Positions 26,901-35,397 of a stretch of 42,926 nt of DNA are shown here, piece after piece. The stretch spans positions 1-42,926 of the IMG/VR virus record IMGVR_UViG_3300037467_001770, one strand, 5' to 3'. Position numbers and translations under genes: made by a program. Under the pieces are notes generated by a model. The model worked only from the letters and a program-made list of their open reading frames with translations. It did not search any database and was not told where the DNA came from. Numbering within the stretch: the first letter of the stretch is position 1; each line of letters begins with the position of its first letter. This DNA is from a virus (Duplodnaviria; Caudoviricetes).

Positions 26901-26978
26901 TATCATGGCCGCACCGACTACATCCTGCGCAAATGCGGTTGCCGGGATCAGGGCTAGGATTAGTAAGACCAGGCGCAT
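23910..26978 (-). CDS. Tail tip / central fibre protein (gpJ-like) with FnIII domains
   Basis: YVYGRARVG, L.G..Y, G.K..DPR, N.AL...DYL, AANVCDE, YNGVRG.F, GK..PP. Confidence 0.88.
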   Translation of the reverse strand: MRLVLLILALIPATAFAQDVVGAAMIVASAFVPGPWGMVLAIAGSIIFGDAQQKKAQRQVEEQERARRDAYNGSLQDRTVTALSAAAPFRYVYGRARVGSAIVAILASGDRDQFKHLVCVHAAHECDAFEEIYVAGKALGPLDAQGRVTSGDYFKTTSGYYSSGWGNTNVFTLPEGFDASTIIVSYGQYSGGDESGFGGSYPTATFTISGNTLTATSGEAPFFMECRYTQNTSTVRVQKHLGTANDPVDAYLNGLLPAKWPATSVLRGFTYTVVTLDLNQPEFQGGIPDIEVLLRGKKLFDPRTSTTAWSQNNALVIYDYLTSEMCGVPASDLPLADFIAAANVCDESTVYGPRYTFNGDVTADQSAQKVLEKMAQSMAGGIVSTSWSVWAGKYVAPVMALQQSDIVGAISITPGVADADLYNGVRGQFISAENDYVPTDFQPYQNNAYLNSDGGELWTDIDFPYTDSTQRVHNLARIFTEDQRNGYTVKAEFSLKAWDRKVGERVTLTSPFYGWSAKVFRITDKNYSPRSAVSLTLKEDAASIWDLEDAVEVDSTPNSDLPNPFFAPAITGLTCTSGTDALQLQADGTVVSRILAQWDLPASQSVFTNGEVEIQWKKVGSEVWQKDAVAGDVSQRYLSPVEEGAVYIVRTRSVAPFLNVRSDWAYQRHTVIGKTEPPTAITGLALTQQFAYFPKVTDKDLAGYQVRSLPGEAGADQWSLAVPLHEGLITDSPYEFKQRLQGVQTIFVTAVDTSGNYGLPGFETLDFGVEDPLNVAQDVDYAGAGWPGALFNCAASGGEVLANVDPAADFWSIGRESFWVRDNAADFWGGTNYLAMTYTARFVPAYGDGTVIVETAVAGSRSSIQWQRDGASTGDYWAPDSADFWSGYESLYGAMGALQPYLGGIPSAADQGILVQVSVDSGPQRGELSALDARLQMPALEQVFTGLTISSAGTRLAPGAGVPAIDWIEIEEVLFTVSADGSGAIAGRVKEFDPVLGPLVEFINSAGAPVNCTGQAARVRGF

Positions 26979-27319
26979 TCCGCTTCCGTCCGATCAACAA
27001 AGGTGAGGCTTCGAAGGCCCGGGCCCACGATGTGCGGGCCAGTGAAAATGCAAAGGCAGCCTTGGCGCAGCGCTATGTCGCCGTCCTTGGCCATGTGCGG
27101 GTGAATCCGATTCAGGGCTCGATCAAGCGCGGCCTCCAGACCGCCAACGGTCTTCATGACGCGCGCGGCGCCGATTTGGGAGTGCCACGGCGGCAGGCCG
27201 GCAAGGTGATCGATGCCGGTAGCCAGCTGCACCCACGTCGCGGCGAAATGCACGCAGTCGAAGCGCCCCCAGGCGAACTCTCTTTCGAGGTTCGCCGCGA
27301 TGTAATCAGCAAGGGTCAT
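26960..27319 (-). CDS. NlpC/P60-like tail assembly protein
   Basis: F.WG..DC..F...W....TG.D; GDI. Confidence 0.8.
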   Translation of the reverse strand: MTLADYIAANLEREFAWGRFDCVHFAATWVQLATGIDHLAGLPPWHSQIGAARVMKTVGGLEAALDRALNRIHPHMAKDGDIALRQGCLCIFTGPHIVGPGLRSLTFVDRTEAECAWSY

Positions 27320-27891
27320 ATCTGCTGGAAGCGCTTGCTCAGCCAGCTCTGCGGGTTGGCGATCAGGTCTTCGACGTAATCAAAGCCGGTATCGCCTGGA
27401 TAGCGCTGCTTCTGCTGCGCTGCGTTCATGCGCATCGGCGCGCGCCGCTTCAGGCCGTAAGCCGAGCCCTCGCAGCGGAGGACGATCCTCCCCTTCTCGC
27501 CGTCGACGTTGCTGGTGACCGTTTGCATGGTGCCGGCCCAGCAGCGCTGGGGCGTGCCCACCAGGCGGAACTGGTCGTCCATCGGGCAGAAGTACATCAG
27601 CACATCGCGGCCGCGGTATTCCTCAACCGAGCCGACCGCCATCGCCAGCCATTCCAGCTTGGCGGCGTTCAGGCTGAAATCCAGCGGCTTGGCGTCCAGG
27701 CTGTCGGATTCCTGAACGGCGCCGATCTCGCCCAGGGCGGCAAGGCCGCTCCAGTCGTAGCCGCCCCATGTGATGACCTGATTGGCCGTGCAGACACGCG
27801 ACGTGCCGGACTTGAAGCGGAGTTCCACGAAGTAGACGCCGCGCGCTGTCGCCCCTTCCAGCGCCGTCTGCTGTGCTGTTGTAAGCGGCAT
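27316..27891 (-). CDS. Tail tip/hub protein (gpL-like position)
   Basis: W.G..W.G...LG.I; Q..RYPGD.GF.YV. Confidence 0.75.
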   Translation of the reverse strand: MPLTTAQQTALEGATARGVYFVELRFKSGTSRVCTANQVITWGGYDWSGLAALGEIGAVQESDSLDAKPLDFSLNAAKLEWLAMAVGSVEEYRGRDVLMYFCPMDDQFRLVGTPQRCWAGTMQTVTSNVDGEKGRIVLRCEGSAYGLKRRAPMRMNAAQQKQRYPGDTGFDYVEDLIANPQSWLSKRFQQI

Positions 27892-29000
27892 CAGGCTCTC
27901 CAGTCTTCAATAAGGTCCAGCGTCATGCCGGAAGTCACAGTGTTCTTCCCACGGTAGTCCCAGCCCAGCTCATTGCTCACGCGCCGGAATAGCGCCTTGG
28001 GCTTGTCCCAAACCACGGCTTGGCCAGCCGGGAAGGAATTGCGCAGTGGCGGCTGGAACTGAACAGTGATATTTCCTTGGCTGGTGCTTACCGCGTCTTC
28101 GGTCACCATGACCACTTGCTGAGTGGTGCCGCTGCCAATGCCGAGCAGGTCGCCTTTCTTCAGGGTCTTGCCAAAGCCGTATGGCGTCGGCGCGGTTCCC
28201 GGGTTCACTTTGGCGCCCCACATGAAAACTGAGCCGGCCGCAGTATTGTTGTATTGGTCCGGGTAAATGTACATTCGGCAGCTGGTTACTACTGGCAGCG
28301 TCGCGGCGAGCCAGCAAGAGAACCAACCGTCACCAAAATCGGATATGCCCAGAGCCGCTAAATTTGTGCTGGACACGCTTACCGCGGTTTTTGCCACGAA
28401 GTCAAAAATGGCACGACCATGGAGGGTCACGGCGTTATCGCCAGTGAGCAAGATCGACAGCTTGGAAAGCGTATCGGCCTTACCGAACACCGATGCAGCA
28501 TACGTCGCACCGGCAACGCCAGTAAATGGCCGCAGGATGCTCCGGAAGCCGGTCGCATCTTTGTTGATACGATCAGCGGTGAAAAGGCCATCTGGAGCAA
28601 TGGAAACATCTGGATTGACTGTCGTGCCGTTCTTCGTCCAAGCGGCGTTGTCGAACGACTCCGGAAACAGCATCAGATTGTCATTCGCCGCCACGATGCT
28701 CATCGACGTCGCGCCGGCCGCCAAGCTGGAAACGAGCGACAGCACGCCGCGCATGGTGCCCACCGGTGCCGGCCGCGCCCAGTCGTGCAGCTCAAGCTGG
28801 TTCACCCCGCCGCGCAAGCGCATGAGCAGCGCTTTGAGGTAGCCTGAATTCGCTTCCAGATCAGGACTGAACTCCAGCGATGCGCGCCATAGCGGGTCAG
28901 ACGCGCGCATGAACATTTCCCCGAAGCCGACGTCGTTGCGTTGCAGCTCCCAGCGCAGGCTCTTGATGCCGGCAGAGGATGGCAAGGACAGGACGCTCAT
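27891..29000 (-). CDS. Distal tail protein paralog 2 with inserted putative carbohydrate-binding domain
   Basis: Position after TMP; ARPAP.GT.RG, GDLLG, F.PPLR, WDKP.ALFR; insert about 28175-28682. Confidence 0.75.
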   Translation of the reverse strand: MSVLSLPSSAGIKSLRWELQRNDVGFGEMFMRASDPLWRASLEFSPDLEANSGYLKALLMRLRGGVNQLELHDWARPAPVGTMRGVLSLVSSLAAGATSMSIVAANDNLMLFPESFDNAAWTKNGTTVNPDVSIAPDGLFTADRINKDATGFRSILRPFTGVAGATYAASVFGKADTLSKLSILLTGDNAVTLHGRAIFDFVAKTAVSVSSTNLAALGISDFGDGWFSCWLAATLPVVTSCRMYIYPDQYNNTAAGSVFMWGAKVNPGTAPTPYGFGKTLKKGDLLGIGSGTTQQVVMVTEDAVSTSQGNITVQFQPPLRNSFPAGQAVVWDKPKALFRRVSNELGWDYRGKNTVTSGMTLDLIEDWRA

Positions 29001-30100
29001 GGATATACGCTTTCAACGAGGTCGAACTTCAGATTCTTCGCGCGCGAGCGCTCGTAATCCCAACCTGGGCGGTTGTTCCGCAGACGGAACAAGGCTTTCG
29101 GCTTGTCCCAGATGACAGTCGCCCCAGCCGGGAATGCGTTGCGCAGCGGATGTTCAAAGTTGACGGTGATGTTCCCCTGCCCGGTCGAAACAGCATCCTG
29201 CGTGACCATCACTACCTGCTGCTTGCTGCCAGAGCCGATGCCGAGAAGGTCGCCGGCGAGAAGGGTGAGGCCGAAGCCGTAGTCAGTCAGTACATCAGCG
29301 TTGATCTGTTTTCCGCCCCAGACATGCACAACCGCGGAATCCGATGTTCCTTGGGTACCACGCAGGCGGAGAACCATACGCCTCTGCGCATCAATCACGC
29401 TCGCGCCGGCCAGTCTTCCAGGCTGCAAAAACTGCCAATTTGGGGTGATCGTGAACAGTGGAGTCGGAGTGGCGCTTCCGTTGTAATCGACCCGCATTTT
29501 GACCGTACTACCATCTGCAGTTTTCACCCAAATCCCGCCCACTGTAGGTGTACCAACTACAGTAGTTACGTTAGTCGCAAGACCTGAGTTGTCGGCATTG
29601 GTAGTTCCACCATTCAGGTTGAAAGTGGCCCGGTCCGCGGTCAATGTCCCATCAGGGGCGACGGCATCATTGCCAACGACGGTTGGCGCACTACCGACCC
29701 CACCGGCCGTTTTATTCCAACCACCCACGGAACCCAGCTGGGTAAAGTCTTCCGGAAACAAAATCAGGTTGTCGGTGACCCGCTTCAGCGACATAGACGT
29801 CGCACCCTGCTGGACATCGGCGGCAAGGGTCAGCGTCCCGCGATAGGTGCCAAGCGGCGCCGGCCGGGCGGTGTCGTAGGCCTCAAGCTGGTTCCCGCCG
29901 GCGAGTTGCATCCAGAGCGCTTTGATGTCGCCGGACAGCCAGTCGGCGCGGTCATCGAACTCAAGCTCAGTTGCCCAGACCGGCGGGACCGGCTGCAGAA
30001 TCTGCGAGCCGAACACCGAGCGAAGCTCAATGTCCTGCTGCTCTTCCTGCCAGCGCTGGCGCAGCGGGATCATCGAAGACGGAAGGGAAAGTACCGTCAT
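28997..30100 (-). CDS. Distal tail protein paralog 1 with inserted putative carbohydrate-binding domain
   Basis: Same framework as 27891-29000; insert about 29275-29773. Confidence 0.75.
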   Translation of the reverse strand: MTVLSLPSSMIPLRQRWQEEQQDIELRSVFGSQILQPVPPVWATELEFDDRADWLSGDIKALWMQLAGGNQLEAYDTARPAPLGTYRGTLTLAADVQQGATSMSLKRVTDNLILFPEDFTQLGSVGGWNKTAGGVGSAPTVVGNDAVAPDGTLTADRATFNLNGGTTNADNSGLATNVTTVVGTPTVGGIWVKTADGSTVKMRVDYNGSATPTPLFTITPNWQFLQPGRLAGASVIDAQRRMVLRLRGTQGTSDSAVVHVWGGKQINADVLTDYGFGLTLLAGDLLGIGSGSKQQVVMVTQDAVSTGQGNITVNFEHPLRNAFPAGATVIWDKPKALFRLRNNRPGWDYERSRAKNLKFDLVESVYP

Positions 30101-32547
30101 CCGAGCAGCCCCGCGCGCGACATGTCTTCCACCAGCTTCGCGTTGCCCTCGGCGACGACATTGCGCATCATTCGCTCGCTCGAGGCTTTGTCGACATCGC
30201 TATGCACAGTGACGTTGTAGACCGGCGAGAGGGTGATTGATTTCTGTGCCGGCTGCGACATTGCCGCCGGCAGCGACTTGTTCGGCGCGATGGCGCCGAA
30301 GGACTGGGGAATAAACAGTTCCGGGCCTCGCTCGCCAACGATGAACGGGGAGCCGGGCGAAACCGGCCCACCCTCGGCGCGGAATTGCAAGCCGGTACCG
30401 CCGCCCATGCTGCCGAGCCCAGAGCCGCCGCCGAGCGTCAGGCCAGAGCCGCCGCCCATGTTGACTGGCGCTCCGCTGGCGCCGCCAGCAGCGCCGAACA
30501 ACGAACCAATCGCGCTCAAGAATGATGCCCCGCCGCCGCTCCCACCGGTGAGGAACGCAATTCCCTGTTGCGCCTGCATTCGGGCCAAATTCGCAATCAC
30601 GGATCTCGCCAGACTGTCGAATGACAACTTCCCTGTGGTGACATAGCTGACCCATGCGTCTTCCGCAGACTTTATGCCGTCGGTCATCGCATCGCCAATC
30701 TGCTTGCCGACGTTGGCCGCTTCCTCGCCATAGGCCCGCACCGATTCAGTCAGATTGAACCAGGGATCGCGGGACTTCTGGTATTTCGCATCGATCAGCA
30801 TGTTGGCTGTCGCAATCGCATTGGCAGCCGCCTTGTCGTATTCCGTCCGGTCGATGGGCTTGCTGCTGAGCTTCTGCGCCTGTCGGATGCGCTCTTCGAC
30901 ATCCAGCTGAATGCGGCGTGCGTTCGTGATCTTTTCGATTTCCTGCGCCGACCGGCCCATCAAATCGATTTCCAGCGCGGCGTTCTCAGCCGCATAGCCA
31001 TGAAGGGCGATCCAGTCCTTCAGGCCTCGATTGAGGTCACTCTGGGCGCGATCCTGCTGGACCAGGGCGAGCGTGGTTGCATTGGCGGCGTCGCGCTCAG
31101 CCTTGGCCCTCTTCGCCTTGGCATCGGCAATCTTATTGTCCGCGTCCGCCCGGTCTTCTGGCTTGCCGGCCTTCGCCTTGTAGTCTTGAAGGGCCGCGAT
31201 TTCCGCGTCGAAGGCCTTTTTCGCTGACTCCAAGCCATGCTGAATGGCGGCGATCTTCGCCTGCTCATAGGCGTTGACGTCGACCAGATCCTGCGCGCGC
31301 AGCTCACCAATCAGCGCCAGGTTGAAGGCGGTTGCATCGCGCTCGGCCTGGTAGGCGTTCTGGATCGCCTTCAGCTGTCCTTCAAGTTCCTTCTTGTCGG
31401 TGTCGCCCTTGTTGGGAAGCGCCGGAGCCCTGCCCTTCGTTCCCTGGAGCGCCCCGGTGCCGACGAAGCCGGATTCGAACGTTTCCGATCCGCCCTGCTG
31501 CCGGGACATGATTCGCTTCTCGAAGCCGTCCAGTTCCTTCCGGGCCGCTTCGGCGTCGCGCTTCATGGCCTCGCCAATCGCAGAGAAGGCCTTGAAGTCA
31601 CCGGTGGCCAGGGCGGCAAGCTGAGCGGCGATCCCGCCAATCTCGTTGCCGATTCCCTTGAAGACATAGACGACGTTGGCGCCCACGATGACCATCGTCT
31701 CGAACAACGTCGCGACGCCGTTCGCCGCCGTCTTGAAAAGGTCCGAGTTCTCTTTGCCCTTGAGCAGGTAATCGACCAGCGTCTGCATGTTCGGCAGCAT
31801 TTCTGCGGCCAGGGTGCGGCTGAAGGCGCCATTGAGCAGATGCAGCTTACCCAGCGCATCGTTGTAAGCGTCTGCCTTGCTGGCCACATCCTCTGTCACG
31901 CCGGCGAACTGCTTGTAGTACGCGATGTTTTCCTTCAGCGCGTCGCCGCCGTCGTTCAGCAGCGGGATCATGTCGGCGCCGGCCTTGCCGAACAGGCGCA
32001 GCGCGATGGCAGCTTTCTCCGGGCCGTCCTCGTATTGCGCAAACTTGTCGGCGACCTCGGCGATCACCTCATCGGCTTTCTTGAGCTGGCCGCTCGTGTC
32101 CTTTAGCGAAATCCCCAGCACCTGGAAGGCTTCCGCCGCCTCTTTGTTGCCGGTGGCCGCGTCGGCGATCGCCTTGTTCAGCTTGCCGGCGCCGGCCGAA
32201 ACGCTGTCCAAATCCATCCCGGCTTGGCCAGCGGCGAAGCCTAGGCCGCCCAGCGTATCGACCGCGATGCCTGTCTTCTTCGACAGGTCGTTCAGATGGT
32301 CGGCAGCATCAATTGCCGACTTCAGCCCATCCACAACCGCCCGCACGCTCAGAAGCGCGGCCGCTGCCGCCGCGGCGCCCTTCACCATGCCAGTGAAGTA
32401 TTCCCGACTGGCGGACGATGCCTGGTCGAACGACTTCTGAACGCCTTGAGCAAAGCGCAGCGACTCCTGGGAGCTTTTGTCGAGGCCCTTGGTGTAGGAG
32501 GCATACTCCAAGGACAAGGAGACGACAAGGGCGCCGAGTGCGGAAAT
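30097..32547 (-). CDS. Tape measure protein (probable ATT start at 32547)
   Basis: Ala-rich helical repeats, lambda-like C-terminal region, GG.V.....F.VGE.GPELF.P; SD AAAGGAG 7 nt before the in-frame ATT. Confidence 0.9.
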   Translation of the reverse strand: MSALGALVVSLSLEYASYTKGLDKSSQESLRFAQGVQKSFDQASSASREYFTGMVKGAAAAAAALLSVRAVVDGLKSAIDAADHLNDLSKKTGIAVDTLGGLGFAAGQAGMDLDSVSAGAGKLNKAIADAATGNKEAAEAFQVLGISLKDTSGQLKKADEVIAEVADKFAQYEDGPEKAAIALRLFGKAGADMIPLLNDGGDALKENIAYYKQFAGVTEDVASKADAYNDALGKLHLLNGAFSRTLAAEMLPNMQTLVDYLLKGKENSDLFKTAANGVATLFETMVIVGANVVYVFKGIGNEIGGIAAQLAALATGDFKAFSAIGEAMKRDAEAARKELDGFEKRIMSRQQGGSETFESGFVGTGALQGTKGRAPALPNKGDTDKKELEGQLKAIQNAYQAERDATAFNLALIGELRAQDLVDVNAYEQAKIAAIQHGLESAKKAFDAEIAALQDYKAKAGKPEDRADADNKIADAKAKRAKAERDAANATTLALVQQDRAQSDLNRGLKDWIALHGYAAENAALEIDLMGRSAQEIEKITNARRIQLDVEERIRQAQKLSSKPIDRTEYDKAAANAIATANMLIDAKYQKSRDPWFNLTESVRAYGEEAANVGKQIGDAMTDGIKSAEDAWVSYVTTGKLSFDSLARSVIANLARMQAQQGIAFLTGGSGGGASFLSAIGSLFGAAGGASGAPVNMGGGSGLTLGGGSGLGSMGGGTGLQFRAEGGPVSPGSPFIVGERGPELFIPQSFGAIAPNKSLPAAMSQPAQKSITLSPVYNVTVHSDVDKASSERMMRNVVAEGNAKLVEDMSRAGLLG

Positions 32548-32563
32548 TTTCGTTCTCCTTTAC

Positions 32564-33457
32564 TTAATCATTGATGGAATTCGTGCGAACGCCATAGCGG
32601 GACTCCTGCCTCTTTCTGATGGCTTCGGCTGACATTTTTCTTCCCTTGCCAGCTTCGCTAAGCTTCCGACGATGTTCGGCCTTGCGTTCTTCCGACATGC
32701 CTTGCATGGTCTTGCGGCGCTTTTCAACAGCGGCCGGATCGGCCTTTCTCCCGGTGAGAGTTGCGCTTATCTTGGCTCTCATTTCCGGCGGCTTTGCCCT
32801 TCCCTTCTGGGCTTCGCTGATCTTTTTCTTGGTTTCATCAGATACGGAGTGCCCGAGCATAGAAGCGGCGCGCCGAGCAATTTCGTCTGCCGGCTGCTTC
32901 CGCCCGGTGAGCGACGCTCGTTGCTTTTCGATCGTCTCTGGCGACCTCTTCTTGCCCTTTAATGCGGCGCTGATGCGGGCCCGCCGCTCTTCAGAAAACA
33001 CCAGGCCGACGCGAGCCGCTGCGGATGCGGCAATGTGCTCGGGAGACTGCTTATACCCCCGCATGGCGGAACTCATCTTCATCCGGTTCTCCGGGGAGAT
33101 GCCTCGCCGCTTCGCGACCTCGCTCATGAGCGCGCGCGTTTCCGCGGTACGAACAACGCCAAGGGCACTTCCGGCGGTCGGCGCTATGTTGTAGCCGGCG
33201 TTTACCGCATTGAGCGAATCAATCCAGAACTGCTCTCGCTCGATCAGCCGCTCTTTCTCCGGAACGACTTCGACGATCTCAAATGCAAATGCGGACTCTC
33301 CGTACTTCACCCAGGCGCGCTGCAGCTTTTGGTTGTCGTGCGTCGCGTACCGCAACTGCCACTTATGCCGCGCCCAACGCTTTTTGAAGTCGACCGCGCT
33401 CCCGATGTAGAGCTTCCCATTCACGCTGTTCGTGATTGAGTAGATTCCACCGGCCAT
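32564..33457 (-). CDS. GIY-YIG homing endonuclease with NUMOD3 repeats
   Basis: GIY.I.N..NGK.YIGS, R...H, N..LQ.AW.KYG...F, E Q.WI, GYN; repeated S.ET..K.S...KG motifs. Confidence 0.92.
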   Translation of the reverse strand: MAGGIYSITNSVNGKLYIGSAVDFKKRWARHKWQLRYATHDNQKLQRAWVKYGESAFAFEIVEVVPEKERLIEREQFWIDSLNAVNAGYNIAPTAGSALGVVRTAETRALMSEVAKRRGISPENRMKMSSAMRGYKQSPEHIAASAAARVGLVFSEERRARISAALKGKKRSPETIEKQRASLTGRKQPADEIARRAASMLGHSVSDETKKKISEAQKGRAKPPEMRAKISATLTGRKADPAAVEKRRKTMQGMSEERKAEHRRKLSEAGKGRKMSAEAIRKRQESRYGVRTNSIND

Positions 33458-33469
33458 CGTCTTTCCCAG

Positions 33470-33859
33470 TTATTTCGAATTGAGCACTTCGAGCGCCGCG
33501 CGCTCCATGATCTTGACGTCGGCGTAAACCTTCTGCCGATCGGCCCGCTTGATTCCCTGCATCCGAATTTCGACTTCTGCAGAGGCGTAGTTCAGCCCGG
33601 TCCACAACGCCCCGGACATGCCTGCCTCGATATGCCACTGCGTTGCCAGTCCTTCAAACACCAGGAAGGCCGGCCAGTTCTCTTCCCAGACCTCGCAGAC
33701 GTCTTCAACGGTCGGCGCCCTCTCGCCCCGCGCCGCGTCGATCTGCTCTTCTGTGAACCCTGCGGCGCGCATGCCGGCCACAACGTTGTCATCGATGGCC
33801 ACCCGCCCGGCTTCCGGCCGCTCGCCGGCCCAGTAGCGGGCGACCTCGATCAGTTTTTT
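33470..33859 (-). CDS. Tail assembly chaperone gpT (DUF1799-like), -1 frameshift extension of gpG
   Basis: VW.ENW.A..VF....TQW...G....GL.Y, ME.AAL; frame open from the slippery site. Confidence 0.85.
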   Translation of the reverse strand, partial: KKLIEVARYWAGERPEAGRVAIDDNVVAGMRAAGFTEEQIDAARGERAPTVEDVCEVWEENWPAFLVFEGLATQWHIEAGMSGALWTGLNYASAEVEIRMQGIKRADRQKVYADVKIMERAALEVLNSK

Positions 33860-34179
33860 TCGCGGGCCTTGAAGACGGAGTTCCAGAAGGCATTCACCGT
33901 CGCGTGCAGCGCCGGCGGAATCCGCAGCAGGGCGTCGAGGTTCGCCGCGTTGTACGGCACATCCTCATTGTTCTCATCCAGCAGGCCCGACCAGCCGACC
34001 AGCACCTGGCGAAGCACGTTGTCCTGTCCTTCCACCGCCTTGAGCTCTTCCAGGTCCTTCATGTCGACCCGCTTGAACTCCGCCATGAAGTCCGATTTGT
34101 CCACGGTCCCCTTGTCGTTCGGGGTTTCGACGATGACCTTGACCTTGTAGGTGGGTGAAAGGACGATCTTGAAAGCCAT
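33850..34179 (-). CDS. Tail assembly chaperone gpG
   Basis: F.AEFKR, L.GW.G..DE....VPY, ends EKN. Confidence 0.88.
   Translation of the reverse strand: MAFKIVLSPTYKVKVIVETPNDKGTVDKSDFMAEFKRVDMKDLEELKAVEGQDNVLRQVLVGWSGLLDENNEDVPYNAANLDALLRIPPALHATVNAFWNSVFKAREKN
33853..33859 (-). other. -1 programmed ribosomal frameshift heptamer A AAA AAC
   Basis: GAA AAA AAC TGA ends gpG; the -1 frame continues KLIEVARYWAG into gpT. Confidence 0.88.
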
Positions 34180-34241
34180 GTGCTGCTCCGGTTTTGTAGT
34201 TGGGGAACGATGAAGCCCGACGCGCGGCCGGGCGTGCTGGA

Positions 34242-35171
34242 TCAGGTGATGACAAGGCTTGCTTCGTCGTTACCGCTGCTCGGCTGGATCGAGATGGGGA
34301 AAGTCACCATGGCAATGCCGTCCTTGTTGGAGTAGGACGGTTCCAGCGGCTGCGCTTTGGGCCCGGACAGGGTGCAGATATTGCCGGCCACGGTGCCATG
34401 CACAATGGAGAGCGTCGAGGCAGTGCCGGCGCGCACGATGGCGAGCCAGTCTTTGGATGCGATGGCGTCGAGTTCCATCATCACGCTGCCGGTCATGTTG
34501 CGGTCAGCGATGATCACTTCCTCGTTACCAACGCGGTTGATGTAGTTCACAGTATTGCCAACATCCAGCGTGAACGATTCCATCTTGCCGCTGTAGCTGT
34601 GCAGGGTGAACGTGGTGTTCGCCTTGTTGACGGCAACTGGCTGAATGAAGCCGCTGAAGGTGGTGCCGGTGGCCATCGCGGTATCCGTCACCACGCTTTG
34701 CAGGCCGACCAAGCGGTACTTCATGACCGGGATGCCCTTGGCGTTCAATTCGAACGACACGTTTCCGCGGCAGCCGGTCATCTTGTGCAGCAGGCCGTCC
34801 AGGTAGTAGTAAATCGCGACCGATTCCTGCGCCACGCTGATCGGCGCGTAGGTGACGTTCACGCCGGCTGAGATCGTTTCCGAGAAGCCGCAGGCTCGAA
34901 GGAGCGGCCCCCACTTCGGAGCAGTGCCAGCAGCGCCGGCGCCGGCCAGCTCCACCTCAAACTCGGCCGTGCTGTAGTTGGCAGCGACAACTTGCGGACT
35001 GTTGCCGTAGTAGGGGCGCACGGTGTCGCGGTCCTGAACCTCCAGTTTCAAAGGCTGCACGTCCAGGTTGCGGCACAGGATGGAGTTCGTCGCGGCGGCC
35101 GGCGTCGGGTCGGTTCCGTAGGTGGTTTCGATCTTCGCCAGCAGCAAGGCGTTGCGCTGTTTCTTCGACAT
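34242..35171 (-). CDS. Major tail tube protein
   Basis: LLAKIE.TYG.DP.P, G.G.AGTAP.WG.LLRACG, G.RG, HG..AGN. Confidence 0.88.
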   Translation of the reverse strand: MSKKQRNALLLAKIETTYGTDPTPAAATNSILCRNLDVQPLKLEVQDRDTVRPYYGNSPQVVAANYSTAEFEVELAGAGAAGTAPKWGPLLRACGFSETISAGVNVTYAPISVAQESVAIYYYLDGLLHKMTGCRGNVSFELNAKGIPVMKYRLVGLQSVVTDTAMATGTTFSGFIQPVAVNKANTTFTLHSYSGKMESFTLDVGNTVNYINRVGNEEVIIADRNMTGSVMMELDAIASKDWLAIVRAGTASTLSIVHGTVAGNICTLSGPKAQPLEPSYSNKDGIAMVTFPISIQPSSGNDEASLVIT

Positions 35172-35190
35172 GGCTTTTCCTTTTCAGATG

Positions 35191-35352
35191 TCAGTCTTCG
35201 GCAACGACTTTCATGCGCGCGCCGGTTGCGGGGTCGAGCACGAACGAGCCGCCCTGGCCCGCATGCTCATCGGTGGTGATGATGTCCATCGGGTCGACCG
35301 GCTTCTTTTCCGGCGCCGCGGCGGGCTGCTGATTCGTCTTCGTCGTCGCCAT
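35191..35352 (-). CDS. Small protein upstream of the major tail gene (53 aa, below ORF-track cut-off)
   Basis: SD GGAG; MATTKTNQQP...DEHAGQGGSFVLDPATGAR. Confidence 0.65.
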   Translation of the reverse strand: MATTKTNQQPAAAPEKKPVDPMDIITTDEHAGQGGSFVLDPATGARMKVVAED

Positions 35353-35368
35353 TGCTCGGCTCCAAATG

Positions 35369-35390
35369 AAAAAGCCCGCTCGCGGCGGGC
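35369..35390 (-). terminator. Intrinsic terminator within the late operon
   Basis: GCCCGC-CGCGA-GCGGGC-UUUUUCAUUU. Confidence 0.75.
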
Positions 35391-35397
35391 CTGGTGG

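Noticed and set aside
22914-30100. Diversity-generating retroelement or invertible tail cassette
   Set aside because: No reverse transcriptase, invertase, inverted crossover sites or adenine-specific repeat pair; the Dit paralogs differ at all base types
32548-33469. Group I intron hosting the GIY-YIG gene
   Set aside because: Flanks are under 20 nt and both neighbouring genes are intact
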